A DNA stretch of 63,740 nucleotides, counting the filler. It is 5 parts of 5 records of this genome, joined end to end, with 100 filler letters (N's around TTAATTAATTAA, not from the genome) between each part and the next. Parts side by side here need not be neighbours in the genome. Positions count along the whole stretch, not along the records: positions 1 to 28,986 come from DRR723986_7153; 4 more parts are not named here. One strand, given 5' to 3'. Positions within the stretch are counted from its first letter, which is position 1; each line of letters opens with the position of its first letter. The position numbers were made by a program, and so were the translations under genes. This document shows positions 9,251 through 18,926 of this stretch, piece after piece. The notes under the pieces are model-generated. The model had not been told where the DNA came from. It did not search any database and was given only the letters and a program-made list of their open reading frames with translations.

Positions 9251-11383
9251 ATGAACCCGAAAAAAATTCTGCCTTGCGCCATCAGCGCAATTGCCCTTTG
9301 TTGGCCCCAACTTTCAAACGCTCAAGAAGCTGCCACCCTGCCCGCTGTCAAAGTAGAGGGGCAGGTACAAGCCGAACCAAGCCCTTCAGCGCCAGTGGAC
9401 GGGTACAAAGCCAACAGCACATTTTCTGCGACCAAAACCGGCACTCCCATTGTTGAAACCCAGCAATCCATTTCGGTGATTACGCGCGACCGCATTGAAG
9501 ATCAGGGTGCACTGACCCTGCAAGACGCGCTCGGCTACACCGCAGGCGTAAGTGCTGGCTCTTATGGCTTTGACAATCGCGGCGACTGGGCTTTTATCCG
9601 CGGTACTTCGTTTGTGCAGTACCAAGATGGTTTGAAACAGCTTTTTGGTTTTTACAACAATGTACGCCCCGACCCGTTTACCCTGGAACGCGTTGAAGTG
9701 GTGAAAGGCCCTTCATCGGTGTTGTATGGCCAGGGTGGTTTTGGCGGCCTGGTGAATATGGTCAGCAAGCGCCCACAACGCGAACAGGCTGGTGAAGTGG
9801 GGGTGCAGCTTGGCGAATACGGGCGCAAACAACTGGCACTCGACTTGACCGGCCCACTGAATGAGGACGGCACCCTGCTGTACCGCATGATCGCACTGAC
9901 CCGCGACAGCGACTCCCAAGTGAACTTTGTGCCAGATGATCGAGACCTTTTTGCACCCTCCATTACCTGGAGACCGAGCGCCGACACCAGCCTTACCGCA
10001 TATTTGAATGTGCAGCGGGATGTATCGGGTTCATCAGTGGGCTTTTTCCCGATCATCGGCACCCGCTTTGAAGGGCCGTATGGCCGCATTCCAACTGACA
10101 CATTCATCAGCGAGCCAGGCTTCGATTTGTACCTGGCCAAGCAAACCTCATATGGACTCGAATTTGATCATCGCCTGAACGATGTATTCACCTTCAGCCA
10201 GAAAGTGAAACAAAGCGACAGCGCGGTGTCGTACAACTCGATTTACTCCTCATTCAACAGGGGCACAGTTGGTCGCCCAACCATCAACTCAGATGGGCGT
10301 ACGATCAATCGCGTCGCCATTTCCCAATACAACGTGGCGGACAGCTTTACAAGCGACTCGCAACTGCAAGCGAACTGGACAAATGGCGCATTTGAAAACA
10401 CCACGATTGTTGGTGTCGATTTTCAGCGAGTGGCTCTTGGCGGGGCGGACAGTGTTGGAGGAAGTGCCCAACCCATCGATTACCTGAACCCACAATACGG
10501 AAACTTCGTCGCTCCAACCCAACGTGATTTGGCAGGTACCCTTCAAAGACAAACTGGTATTTACGCGCAACATCAGCTGAAGTACGACAAACGTTGGCTA
10601 GGTACGGTGGGCATCCGACGTGACTGGGCCAAATCACAGACAGACAATCGCGCTGCGACAACCGACGACCGGGAGACATCTTACAAAGCCAGCATTGGAT
10701 ACATCACCAATGTCGGTGCAATGCCGTATCTAAGTTATTCAGAATCGTTCCTCCCGATTACAACACTGGACTTTTTTGGTCGTCCATTCAAACCGCAACA
10801 AGCGGAGCAGCTCGAAGCAGGCGTGAAGTATGAAACACCCGATGGGCGCTCATTGTTCACAGCCGCGGTATTCGAGATCACGGAAAACAATCGCCGTGTC
10901 GCCGACCCCGCAGTAGCCAACAATCAAATCCAGGTGGGTGAGGCTGAAAGCAAAGGTGTTGAACTGGAGGCCAACCACCGTTTAAGCCCTACTGTGGATG
11001 TCTTGGCGGCATATAGCTACACCAGTGCCAAGGTAACCGCAGACTCCAACGCCAACAACGTTGGCAAGCGCCTGGCGACAGTACCCAAACAGTTGCTGAG
11101 TGTGTGGGGACGCCAGAAGTTTTCCATGCTCGGCTTACCCGGCTGGCAATGGGGCGCAGGCTTGCGGTTCATTGACGAATCCTGGGACGGCATCGACAAC
11201 GTGCGTACGCCCAGCGTGACACTGCTGGACGCCATGCTTTCGTATGAAACTGGCGATTGGCGCTACGCAGTGAATGCAACCAATCTGGCGAACCGCGAAT
11301 ATGTCTCCACCTGCCTGGCTCGCGGTGATTGTTTCTATGGTGTCGAACGCAATGTGGTGTTCAGTGCAAACTACCGTTTCTAA
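9251..11383 (+). CDS. TonB-dependent siderophore receptor (FhuA-like)
   Basis: Signal peptide; SATKTGTP..ETQQSISVIT plug; ERVEVVKGPSSVLYG; C-terminal YRF. Confidence 0.95.
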   Translation: MNPKKILPCAISAIALCWPQLSNAQEAATLPAVKVEGQVQAEPSPSAPVDGYKANSTFSATKTGTPIVETQQSISVITRDRIEDQGALTLQDALGYTAGVSAGSYGFDNRGDWAFIRGTSFVQYQDGLKQLFGFYNNVRPDPFTLERVEVVKGPSSVLYGQGGFGGLVNMVSKRPQREQAGEVGVQLGEYGRKQLALDLTGPLNEDGTLLYRMIALTRDSDSQVNFVPDDRDLFAPSITWRPSADTSLTAYLNVQRDVSGSSVGFFPIIGTRFEGPYGRIPTDTFISEPGFDLYLAKQTSYGLEFDHRLNDVFTFSQKVKQSDSAVSYNSIYSSFNRGTVGRPTINSDGRTINRVAISQYNVADSFTSDSQLQANWTNGAFENTTIVGVDFQRVALGGADSVGGSAQPIDYLNPQYGNFVAPTQRDLAGTLQRQTGIYAQHQLKYDKRWLGTVGIRRDWAKSQTDNRAATTDDRETSYKASIGYITNVGAMPYLSYSESFLPITTLDFFGRPFKPQQAEQLEAGVKYETPDGRSLFTAAVFEITENNRRVADPAVANNQIQVGEAESKGVELEANHRLSPTVDVLAAYSYTSAKVTADSNANNVGKRLATVPKQLLSVWGRQKFSMLGLPGWQWGAGLRFIDESWDGIDNVRTPSVTLLDAMLSYETGDWRYAVNATNLANREYVSTCLARGDCFYGVERNVVFSANYRF

Positions 11384-11666
11384 AACACACTGGCTAAAAA
11401 TCAGCAGTCGGCAAATTGTTTGCCTGCTGCTGGCTTTTCCCGCAGGGTTAGCCTTGGCCAACCTGTTTGCAGCGGCCTTGGCCATTTTGCTGTTCAAAGC
11501 TGGCATGGAACAAAGCGAAGCCATGACCCTGAGCCTGCTGCTGGCCTACCTTGCCATGCCCTGCTGGGTGCTGTGGATATACTGCACAGCCAGCCTGGCC
11601 TGGCTAAGTGCCAAAGGGCTGCTGTTTGGTTTGCTGTGTGCAATCGTGATTTATTTTCCTTGGTAA
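11364..11666 (+). CDS. Small membrane protein, DUF3649-like
   Basis: Three TM helices; typical position between the receptor and PepSY-TM gene; start (GTG) uncertain. Confidence 0.6.
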   Translation: MQTTVSKTHWLKISSRQIVCLLLAFPAGLALANLFAAALAILLFKAGMEQSEAMTLSLLLAYLAMPCWVLWIYCTASLAWLSAKGLLFGLLCAIVIYFPW

Positions 11667-11675
11667 ACCCTGGCC

Positions 11676-13313
11676 GTGAGTAAGCAGAAAGCACCTTCCG
11701 TTCGTCAACACATGGCTTGGTTTCACACCTGGTTTGGGCTGTTCATCGGCTTTCTGCTGTTTGCGGTGTTCTGGATGGGTACCCTCACCGTGTTCGACAA
11801 AGAGTTTGACCGGTGGATGCACCCGGAAAGCCGCAGCATTGCTGGTGAATGTTGCACACTGAGCCCAGAGCAACTTGAAACGGTGTTGCTGAAGGCCCAT
11901 GAGTTGGCGCCCGGATCCGACAACATTCGACTGCGCTTGCCCACCGAGAGAACGCCCATGACGCTGATTCGGATCGTGGAACCCGACCGAACCTTGAAAG
12001 CGTATTTCATGGATCCAGACACAGGCAAAGTGGTCTCCAATGAACACACTTTGGGTGGCAGCGGTTTCTTTTTTCCCTTTCACTACAAATTCAATATTGC
12101 CTGGAATAACGTGGGTTATTTTCTGCTGGGCATTGCCGGACTGGCCATGATGGCGCTGCTGATCAGCGGCATTGTCATTCACCGAAAACTGCTGGCTGAG
12201 TTCTTTTTGTTTCGCCCCAAAAAGCACACCGTGCGCAGTATGCTCGACTTGCACAATCTGAGCAGCGTGGTGGCATTGCCCTTTCACTTCCTCATCACTT
12301 TCACCGGTTTGCTCATCTTTTTTTCCATCTATTTTCCCTGGGCCACACTGGCCGCATTTGATGGTGACAAAGCCGCCTCGCAGAAAGCCATGAGTGGTTT
12401 TTTGAACATGCCCCCCAGTGGTTTTGTTGAAGACGCCGAGCAACAACTCGCTGCACTCAAAAGCGTGCCGGCTTTGGTTCAAGCGCGGGAAATTGCCTGG
12501 AGCCAGGCTCTGGGTGAAACCGCGCGTGCTGATTCAATCAATATTCGAAACTTGGGCGACAGCAACGCCACACTTGAAATTCGCCGCGTGTTTCCTGAAC
12601 GCAGTATCAGCATGAGCACACATGCTGACACCATGCTGTTGCATACCGGGGAACTGCTGCATGCACACGAGCCCAAACCCATCAAGGGCTTCACGCACTG
12701 GATCAATGGCCTGCACTTCATCCAGTTTGACCACACTGCACTTCGAGTGCTGTATGTGGTGGGGGGCTTGCTGGGTTGCATCATGATTCACACTGGTTTT
12801 TTGTTTTGGCTCGAGTCTCGCCGTGTTCAACATCACAAGAAAAAATTGCCAGGCTTCACTGTGGTTCAGGCCCTGACTGTGGGAGGTACCCTAGGCATGA
12901 TGATTGCCACCGCCGCCTATCTGGTTGCAAACCAGCTTTTGCCGAATCACCTCGAGAACAGGGCCACTGCCGAGACCTGGGCATTTTATGGCGTGTGGGT
13001 ACTCAGTATCGTTTGGGCCTTTGTCAGTGCCTTCCGATACAAACACCTGCAAAACCAAGCCGAAGCGCACCGTAGCAGCCAATGGCTGCCGCCCACGGTC
13101 GTATTTACCGCCCTGTGTGCATTGGCCTGGTTGCTCAACCAGATCAACACAGGTGGACTGGTTCAAGCCATGGCTCAAGGGGAAATGAATTCATTGGCCA
13201 TCGACATCGGTTTAATGCTGATGGTTGCAAGCGGTGTCTTCACCGCCCACAAACTGTCAGTCAGCGCGACAGCGAAGTATGCTGAGTCCAGCGAGGTTGG
13301 ACAATGCCACTAA
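11676..13313 (+). CDS. PepSY-associated TM helix protein (putative ferrisiderophore reductase)
   Basis: MAWFHTWFGL, DLHN, LHF His motifs; multi-TM. Confidence 0.9.
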   Translation: MSKQKAPSVRQHMAWFHTWFGLFIGFLLFAVFWMGTLTVFDKEFDRWMHPESRSIAGECCTLSPEQLETVLLKAHELAPGSDNIRLRLPTERTPMTLIRIVEPDRTLKAYFMDPDTGKVVSNEHTLGGSGFFFPFHYKFNIAWNNVGYFLLGIAGLAMMALLISGIVIHRKLLAEFFLFRPKKHTVRSMLDLHNLSSVVALPFHFLITFTGLLIFFSIYFPWATLAAFDGDKAASQKAMSGFLNMPPSGFVEDAEQQLAALKSVPALVQAREIAWSQALGETARADSINIRNLGDSNATLEIRRVFPERSISMSTHADTMLLHTGELLHAHEPKPIKGFTHWINGLHFIQFDHTALRVLYVVGGLLGCIMIHTGFLFWLESRRVQHHKKKLPGFTVVQALTVGGTLGMMIATAAYLVANQLLPNHLENRATAETWAFYGVWVLSIVWAFVSAFRYKHLQNQAEAHRSSQWLPPTVVFTALCALAWLLNQINTGGLVQAMAQGEMNSLAIDIGLMLMVASGVFTAHKLSVSATAKYAESSEVGQCH

Positions 13314-13594
13314 CGGTACAACTTGCGCTGGCTTTTTCGCTGCTTTTTTTTGGGTTGCTATTGATCGCGCTTTCACAGCAGGCACATTGCCATCATCACC
13401 GCTGGGCCGGGCGTTGCAATGCAGTGGGCCTCAAGTCTGTTGGCGCAAGGCGCACAACCGGCATTGTGGCGTTGCTGCTCAGCGCAACTGCACTGGCTGC
13501 CATTGAGGGACTTGCTTTCGGGCTTGTGCTTTGGGTCATGGCAGCGGCCATGCTGGCCGTGGTCTTGGCCTGGGTGCTTGCCCCATCGAGATAA
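13304..13594 (+). CDS. DUF3325-like small membrane protein
   Basis: ALSQQAH and GLAFGLVLW pattern; follows the PepSY gene. Confidence 0.7.
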   Translation: MPLTVQLALAFSLLFFGLLLIALSQQAHCHHHRWAGRCNAVGLKSVGARRTTGIVALLLSATALAAIEGLAFGLVLWVMAAAMLAVVLAWVLAPSR

Positions 13595-13650
13595 ACGTTC
13601 ACTTGTATTGTGGGTGTATAATTGCTTCACATTCAATATGAGCAGTTGTC

Positions 13651-15564
13651 ATGATCACCCGTGTTGTCACCTCCGCCCTCATGCTGTTGTGCACGCTTAC
13701 AGCGAACGCACAAAGCAGTACACCACCCCTCCCAGCCGACATGGCCAATCGCGTTCAAGCCTGTGTGGCTTGCCATGGCGCTGAAGGACGTGCCAGTGCA
13801 GAAGGGTACTACCCACGTATTGCGGGCAAACCGGAAGGTTATCTGTACAACCAGCTGATTGCCTTTCGGGAGGGAAGCCGTCAACACGCTGCCATGAATG
13901 GCATTGTGCAACATCTGTCGAATGATTATTTACAGCAAATGGCGAGGTACTTTGCTGCGCAAAATCCACCCTACCCTGCGCCCGCAAAAAGTACAGCCTC
14001 ACCCGCAGAAATTGAGCAAGGCAAACGCCTGGTTTTCGACGGCGTTGCATCCAAAAAAATTCCTGCATGCGCAGCCTGCCACGGGCAAGCATTGACTGGT
14101 GTTGAACCCTACACACCCGGGTTGCTGGGTTTACCGCGCGATTACCTGAACGCGCAACTTGGCAAATGGCGCAACGGTCAGCGCCAGGCCGCCGACCCAG
14201 ATTGCATGCATGCGCTGGTGAAAGCACTCAGCCCTGAGCAATTGAATACAGCCACTGCATACCTTGCGGCACAGCCCGTGCCCGAAAACCCCAAGGCAGC
14301 ACCCAGCAATAGCATTCAATTTCCGCTGAAGTGCGGCACACACACCACCACAGCAGTGCCGGGCAGCAACAATGTCTCGCCCGAGCCGATTGCGTTGAAT
14401 GTGTTGTCTGAACAAGAGAAACGTGGCGCGTATTTGGCACGCCTGGGCAATTGCGCCGCTTGCCACACCGTCGACCCCAAAAAACCCTATGCCGGCGGGC
14501 GTGCAATCGAAACACCCTTCGGAAAAATTTACAGTACCAACCTGACACCGAATGCCGAACACGGACTGGGCAAGTGGACTGCCGACGATTTTTACAAGGC
14601 CATGCACAGTGGCATCTCAAAGAACGGGGATTATCTATACCCTGCATTTCCATACACCGACTACACCAAAATGAGCCGTGCAGAGGTGGATGACTTGTTC
14701 GCCTATCTAAAACGCCTGCCCGCCATTGCCCAAAAAACACCGCAGCCTGAGTTGCAATTTCCTTTCAATCAACGCCCACTGCTGGCAGTTTGGCGGGCTT
14801 TGTATTTCACCGAAGGCGAGTACAAACCCGATACAACGCAAACTGCGCAGTGGAACCGCGGAGCCTACTTGGTCAACGGCCTGGGCCATTGTGCTGCGTG
14901 CCACACACCACGCAATACCTTGGGTGGACTGAAAGACAAATTGAACTTAAGCGGCGCCACAATTCCAGTACTGAACTGGTTTGCACCGGCCTTGAATAAT
15001 CACCCCCTGCACGGGCTGGGAAAATGGACTGAAGACGACATTGCCCAATATTTGCAAACCGGCATGAACCGCCACGCAGCGACTTATGGCCCAATGAGCG
15101 AGGTGATTGCGCACAGCCTGCAATTTGCCTCGACTGCCGACACCAAAGCCATGGCGGTTTACCTGAAAAGCCTGCCTGCGCAGGCCCCTTCAGAAAAAGA
15201 ATCAACCGGTCTCGGCCAGCGTACCTTGCAACCCCTGATGGTGCGCGGCGCAAACATTTACACCAATACCTGCGCAGAATGTCATGGCAAACAGGGCGAA
15301 GGCAAAGCTAATCAGTTCCCGGCATTGGCTGGCAATGTGAACGTGATAGCGCCCAATCCGGTCAACGCAATACGAATGGTGCTCAACGGCGGTTTTTCAC
15401 CCAGTACACAAGGTGCCCCCTACCCACATGGCATGCCACCTTATCGTGTGGAACTGAGCAACAACGACATTGCAGCGGTGGTCACTTACATCCGGCGAAG
15501 CTGGGGAAACAATGCCAGCGGCGTTGCCTCAATTGAAGTGGACAAGCAACGCGGTAAACAATAA
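13651..15564 (+). CDS. Pentaheme cytochrome c (c4-like diheme fused to GADH/ADH-type triheme)
   Basis: Five CxxCH (CVACH, CAACH x3, CAECH); YYPRIAGK; TPFGKIYSTNLTP; YPAFPY; YIRRSWGN. Confidence 0.9.
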   Translation: MITRVVTSALMLLCTLTANAQSSTPPLPADMANRVQACVACHGAEGRASAEGYYPRIAGKPEGYLYNQLIAFREGSRQHAAMNGIVQHLSNDYLQQMARYFAAQNPPYPAPAKSTASPAEIEQGKRLVFDGVASKKIPACAACHGQALTGVEPYTPGLLGLPRDYLNAQLGKWRNGQRQAADPDCMHALVKALSPEQLNTATAYLAAQPVPENPKAAPSNSIQFPLKCGTHTTTAVPGSNNVSPEPIALNVLSEQEKRGAYLARLGNCAACHTVDPKKPYAGGRAIETPFGKIYSTNLTPNAEHGLGKWTADDFYKAMHSGISKNGDYLYPAFPYTDYTKMSRAEVDDLFAYLKRLPAIAQKTPQPELQFPFNQRPLLAVWRALYFTEGEYKPDTTQTAQWNRGAYLVNGLGHCAACHTPRNTLGGLKDKLNLSGATIPVLNWFAPALNNHPLHGLGKWTEDDIAQYLQTGMNRHAATYGPMSEVIAHSLQFASTADTKAMAVYLKSLPAQAPSEKESTGLGQRTLQPLMVRGANIYTNTCAECHGKQGEGKANQFPALAGNVNVIAPNPVNAIRMVLNGGFSPSTQGAPYPHGMPPYRVELSNNDIAAVVTYIRRSWGNNASGVASIEVDKQRGKQ

Positions 15565-15601
15565 AAAAAGCGGGTGATGAATTCCTTCACCACCCGCTTT
15601 T
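15565..15601. terminator. Bidirectional intrinsic terminator
   Basis: AAAAGCGGGTG...CACCCGCTTTT hairpin between convergent genes. Confidence 0.85.
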
Positions 15602-15619
15602 CACCATGGTGTTCGTCGA

Positions 15620-17698
15620 TTAAAAATCAACTTGCATTTCAACCAGCAACATACGTCCAGGTGCAGGCACCCGGCCGATGGTACTCACATCCACACCACG
15701 GAAGAAGTATTGCTCATCAAACAGGTTGTTGATGCCAAAACCAAGGTTCATGTTTTTGCCCTGACCAATCGGAAAATCACGACCCACTCGCATGTTCACC
15801 AGGGTGTAGGCAGGCAACTCGCCGGCGCTGCCGTTGGCAGTTTCAGCCTGTGTGTTCGCTGAATCACTGAAACTTTCAGAAACATACAAGGCATTCGCAT
15901 TGGCAGTCCACTTGCCAAACTTGTGTACAGCGTCAACACCAATGTGGTGAGTTGGCGCATTGCGAAGTTTCTTGCCTTGATCCGCGCCCGATAGTTGTTC
16001 CGTATCCAGATAGGTGTAGCTCATGCCGAGTTCAGTTTGACTGTCAAGGTTCCAGCGACCTTCCAGTTCAACACCTTCCTGGCGTGTTTCACCCAGGTTG
16101 CGGAACGCGCCCGTGTCGAAGACGATTTGGTCTTTGTAATCCACTCGGAACAAGGTTGCCGCGATATTGGCATGTGGGTTAATTTGCCAGCGTGAACCAA
16201 TTTCATAGTTTTCAGCGGTTTCATTGCCCACATCACCACCGCGGGTAACCTGCGCAGTTTGCACCGGCACCAACGAGCGCTGCGCATTGGCAAATACAAA
16301 CACATCTTTCGTGGCCTGATAACCCACAGTCAAGCCGGGCAACCATTCATCCGGGTTGTTCTGAAATTCGGCACCTGTGTTCAAATCACGGTAGCGGGTC
16401 TCAACGTCTTCATAACGAATACCCGGTGTTACTTTCAGGCGATCGTCCATCAAGGCAATCGTGTCGCTGACGTAATACGCCATCGCCTTGGTGCTGAAGT
16501 CCCAGCGGCGGAAAGGGTTCACTGCACCTGTTGCAAGCGTTGTGCGGCTTACGTCGAAACGCACATCTTCTTCCACAAAACGTGCACCAGCGATCAGGGT
16601 GTGGTTGTCGATCTGCTTGGTAAAGCGAGGCTCTGTGCCATGTACGCTGAATACACGTGGGGAATCGAGAACAAACGCGGACGTTTGTGCAGGGTCATCC
16701 GAGAAAGTGGCTGACTGACTAAAGAAGAACGTGCGGTTGGCTTGGTGGGCAAAATTGCGCCATGTCAGTTTGAAATCGTCTGAGAAAGAATGATTCCAGG
16801 TGAAAGTGGCCCGCCACATATCTGCATCATACGCATCAAAGGGTTTTTGCGACTGGTTGGGGTTTTGATCATAAGCGGCAGGGCTTAGAGCACCCGGCAG
16901 CTCGGCCTTTACCTCGTAATACTGTAACTGCGCCTTGAAATCGTTGTTGGAATTCAGGTAGTACTCACCATCCACAATGAAGTTGCGTACTTCGGTGTCT
17001 GAACGATCACGCTGCCCCTTGCCATCCACAATGTTGGCCTGAAATTGCAAGCCGAGGTCTTCACGCACAAAACCACCAATGCGGTAGTAGGTGTCGGTCA
17101 GCATATTGCCGGTTTCTTCGGAAATTTGAAGACGCTCGCGGAATGTTTGACTGGTTTTTGCGGGGATGGGCTTGGTCACCAAATTCAACACACCGCCCAC
17201 GTTGTTCGGACCGTAATGAACGGCTGCACCGCCACGCACCAAATCCACCGCCTCAAGACTGGGCAATGTAACGGGAAATAAAGACAGACCAACGTTGGTG
17301 TAGGGGCCAATCGCAATCGGATAACCATCGACCAGAATTTGCAAACGTTCACTACGCAAGGGGTTCAAACCGCGCACACCAATGTTGGGCAAAATCCCGG
17401 TGCCGGTTTCGTCCAGCACTTGAACGCCAGGCACTCGGCGCAAGGCATCTTCCAGATTCAATGCACCACGCTCTTCAAGGTCTTCTTTCTCAAGCACTGT
17501 GCGCGCACCCGTGTAGGTTTTCACACTTTCTTCAGTGGGTGGGCCTAACCAATCCGATTGCACCGTGACTGGGGCGAGGTTCTGTGCAATTGAAGCTCCG
17601 CTAAAGGAGAGGCAGGCAAGAGTGACCGCACTCGCGAAAAAGTCAATCGGAATCCGTTTGAGATGGTTGGAACAGGTGCTGCGACAAAAATTTGACAT
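15620..17698 (-). CDS. TonB-dependent receptor, FecA-like without N-terminal signalling domain
   Basis: LPNIGVRGLNPLRS; VRGGAAVHYGPNNVGGVLN; NNLFDEQYFFR; C-terminal F. Confidence 0.92.
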   Translation of the reverse strand: MSNFCRSTCSNHLKRIPIDFFASAVTLACLSFSGASIAQNLAPVTVQSDWLGPPTEESVKTYTGARTVLEKEDLEERGALNLEDALRRVPGVQVLDETGTGILPNIGVRGLNPLRSERLQILVDGYPIAIGPYTNVGLSLFPVTLPSLEAVDLVRGGAAVHYGPNNVGGVLNLVTKPIPAKTSQTFRERLQISEETGNMLTDTYYRIGGFVREDLGLQFQANIVDGKGQRDRSDTEVRNFIVDGEYYLNSNNDFKAQLQYYEVKAELPGALSPAAYDQNPNQSQKPFDAYDADMWRATFTWNHSFSDDFKLTWRNFAHQANRTFFFSQSATFSDDPAQTSAFVLDSPRVFSVHGTEPRFTKQIDNHTLIAGARFVEEDVRFDVSRTTLATGAVNPFRRWDFSTKAMAYYVSDTIALMDDRLKVTPGIRYEDVETRYRDLNTGAEFQNNPDEWLPGLTVGYQATKDVFVFANAQRSLVPVQTAQVTRGGDVGNETAENYEIGSRWQINPHANIAATLFRVDYKDQIVFDTGAFRNLGETRQEGVELEGRWNLDSQTELGMSYTYLDTEQLSGADQGKKLRNAPTHHIGVDAVHKFGKWTANANALYVSESFSDSANTQAETANGSAGELPAYTLVNMRVGRDFPIGQGKNMNLGFGINNLFDEQYFFRGVDVSTIGRVPAPGRMLLVEMQVDF

Positions 17699-17716
17699 GA
17701 TTATTTTTTAGTTATT

Positions 17717-17735
17717 GATAATTGTTTCTATTATT
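17717..17735. promoter_or_regulatory. Fur box upstream of the FecA-like receptor
   Basis: GATAATTGTTTCTATTATT, 12/19 match, in an AT-rich intergenic region. Confidence 0.65.
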
Positions 17736-17841
17736 ATTTATTTTGAAATGAAAAAATAAATCTATCGTCAAAATGTATTAATTATTGAACCCTCACACCC
17801 GCCAAAGTCACACAAGCAATTCAACTGCGCTCAATCACAAC

Positions 17842-18591
17842 ATGGAAGCATCATCCTTATCGCCCCTTACATCCTGTTCGCTCTGTCATTCACCTGATCG
17901 ATCTCAAAATCTACCAGTGTCCACACGGGTTACAGCCACCCTCGAAAATGCACTCCCCGGCGTCAACGCGAGTAAACTGGTTCATGCCCTCGACACCCTG
18001 CTAGGCGGGCGCAATAACTACACCGTGGTGGGCAGCACTTGCATGCACCTTCATGCACTGGAACACCCCAACGCCACATGCAAACTGCCACTTCCCCATG
18101 ATCTTGATGTCGTTGTCAATGACACTGCAATTCGCCGAGTAGAACTGGCCAATCCAGAAACACTGGGCAAACTGAATTTGAAACGCGACGCAAATTTCGC
18201 CCATGTGTTGCACATGACACGCGAGAATGCACCCGACCTGAAAATAGACATCGTGCACTCCAATACGCCGGGTTTTTTAAAATACCAAATCAACCCGCGT
18301 TTCATTGATGGCTTGCAGGCGGGAATGCTTGCAGATTGCCTGGCGGATTACAAAGCCAGGCGTACCGATCAGGAATTCGTAGAACAATGTGGAGGCCAAA
18401 CCCAAGCGAATTCAAAGGTTCAACCGTGGCTGGATTATTTCGACCAGTTTCGCAACGAAGCAGGCACTGTGTTGCCGCGGCAAGCCGCGAAAAGACGATT
18501 TACAGAATCAGGGAATTCAAGCCACGAACAAGCCTTGGGTGAACCCAGCCATGCCAGGGCAGCCGCGAGAATTTTGAAATTTGGAAGCTAA
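17842..18591 (+). CDS. Hypothetical protein with Pol-beta-type nucleotidyltransferase motif
   Basis: YTVVGS...PHDLDVVV...KIDIV fits hG[GS]..DxD..hDh; ATG 17842 preferred over TTG 17785. Confidence 0.6.
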   Translation: MEASSLSPLTSCSLCHSPDRSQNLPVSTRVTATLENALPGVNASKLVHALDTLLGGRNNYTVVGSTCMHLHALEHPNATCKLPLPHDLDVVVNDTAIRRVELANPETLGKLNLKRDANFAHVLHMTRENAPDLKIDIVHSNTPGFLKYQINPRFIDGLQAGMLADCLADYKARRTDQEFVEQCGGQTQANSKVQPWLDYFDQFRNEAGTVLPRQAAKRRFTESGNSSHEQALGEPSHARAAARILKFGS

Positions 18592-18626
18592 GGTGGGAAA
18601 TTAAGGCAAGCGATTGAGCTGGAAAA

Positions 18627-18827
18627 TCAAACCGCTTGCTGGCTCATTTCGCTGACTTGAATCAGCGTGTTGTGCGCGTCGATCTCACTTTGACAGTGCA
18701 TGCGACACTGGCCGCAGCCCGAACATGCACCTGTTTTCATGGTGATGTCGTCTACTGAACCACAACCGCTGCGCACGGCTTCAGAAATGGTACGGTCGCT
18801 AACGTTGGCACAAATGCAGACGATCAC
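18627..18827 (-). CDS. bfd: Bacterioferritin-associated ferredoxin
   Basis: MIVCIC...CSGCGQC [2Fe-2S] motif; GTG start with GAGGT RBS. Confidence 0.92.
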   Translation of the reverse strand: MIVCICANVSDRTISEAVRSGCGSVDDITMKTGACSGCGQCRMHCQSEIDAHNTLIQVSEMSQQAV

Positions 18828-18862
18828 GGGTGACCTCAAATTGCGTTGAACTTGAAAGTAAT

Positions 18863-18881
18863 AATAATGATTCGCATTACT
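18863..18881. promoter_or_regulatory. Fur box upstream of bfd
   Basis: AATAATGATTCGCATTACT, 13/19 match. Confidence 0.8.
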
Positions 18882-18926
18882 ACAATCAAGCATTTTTTCA
18901 ACACAATTCGAAAATCGTTGGAAAAT

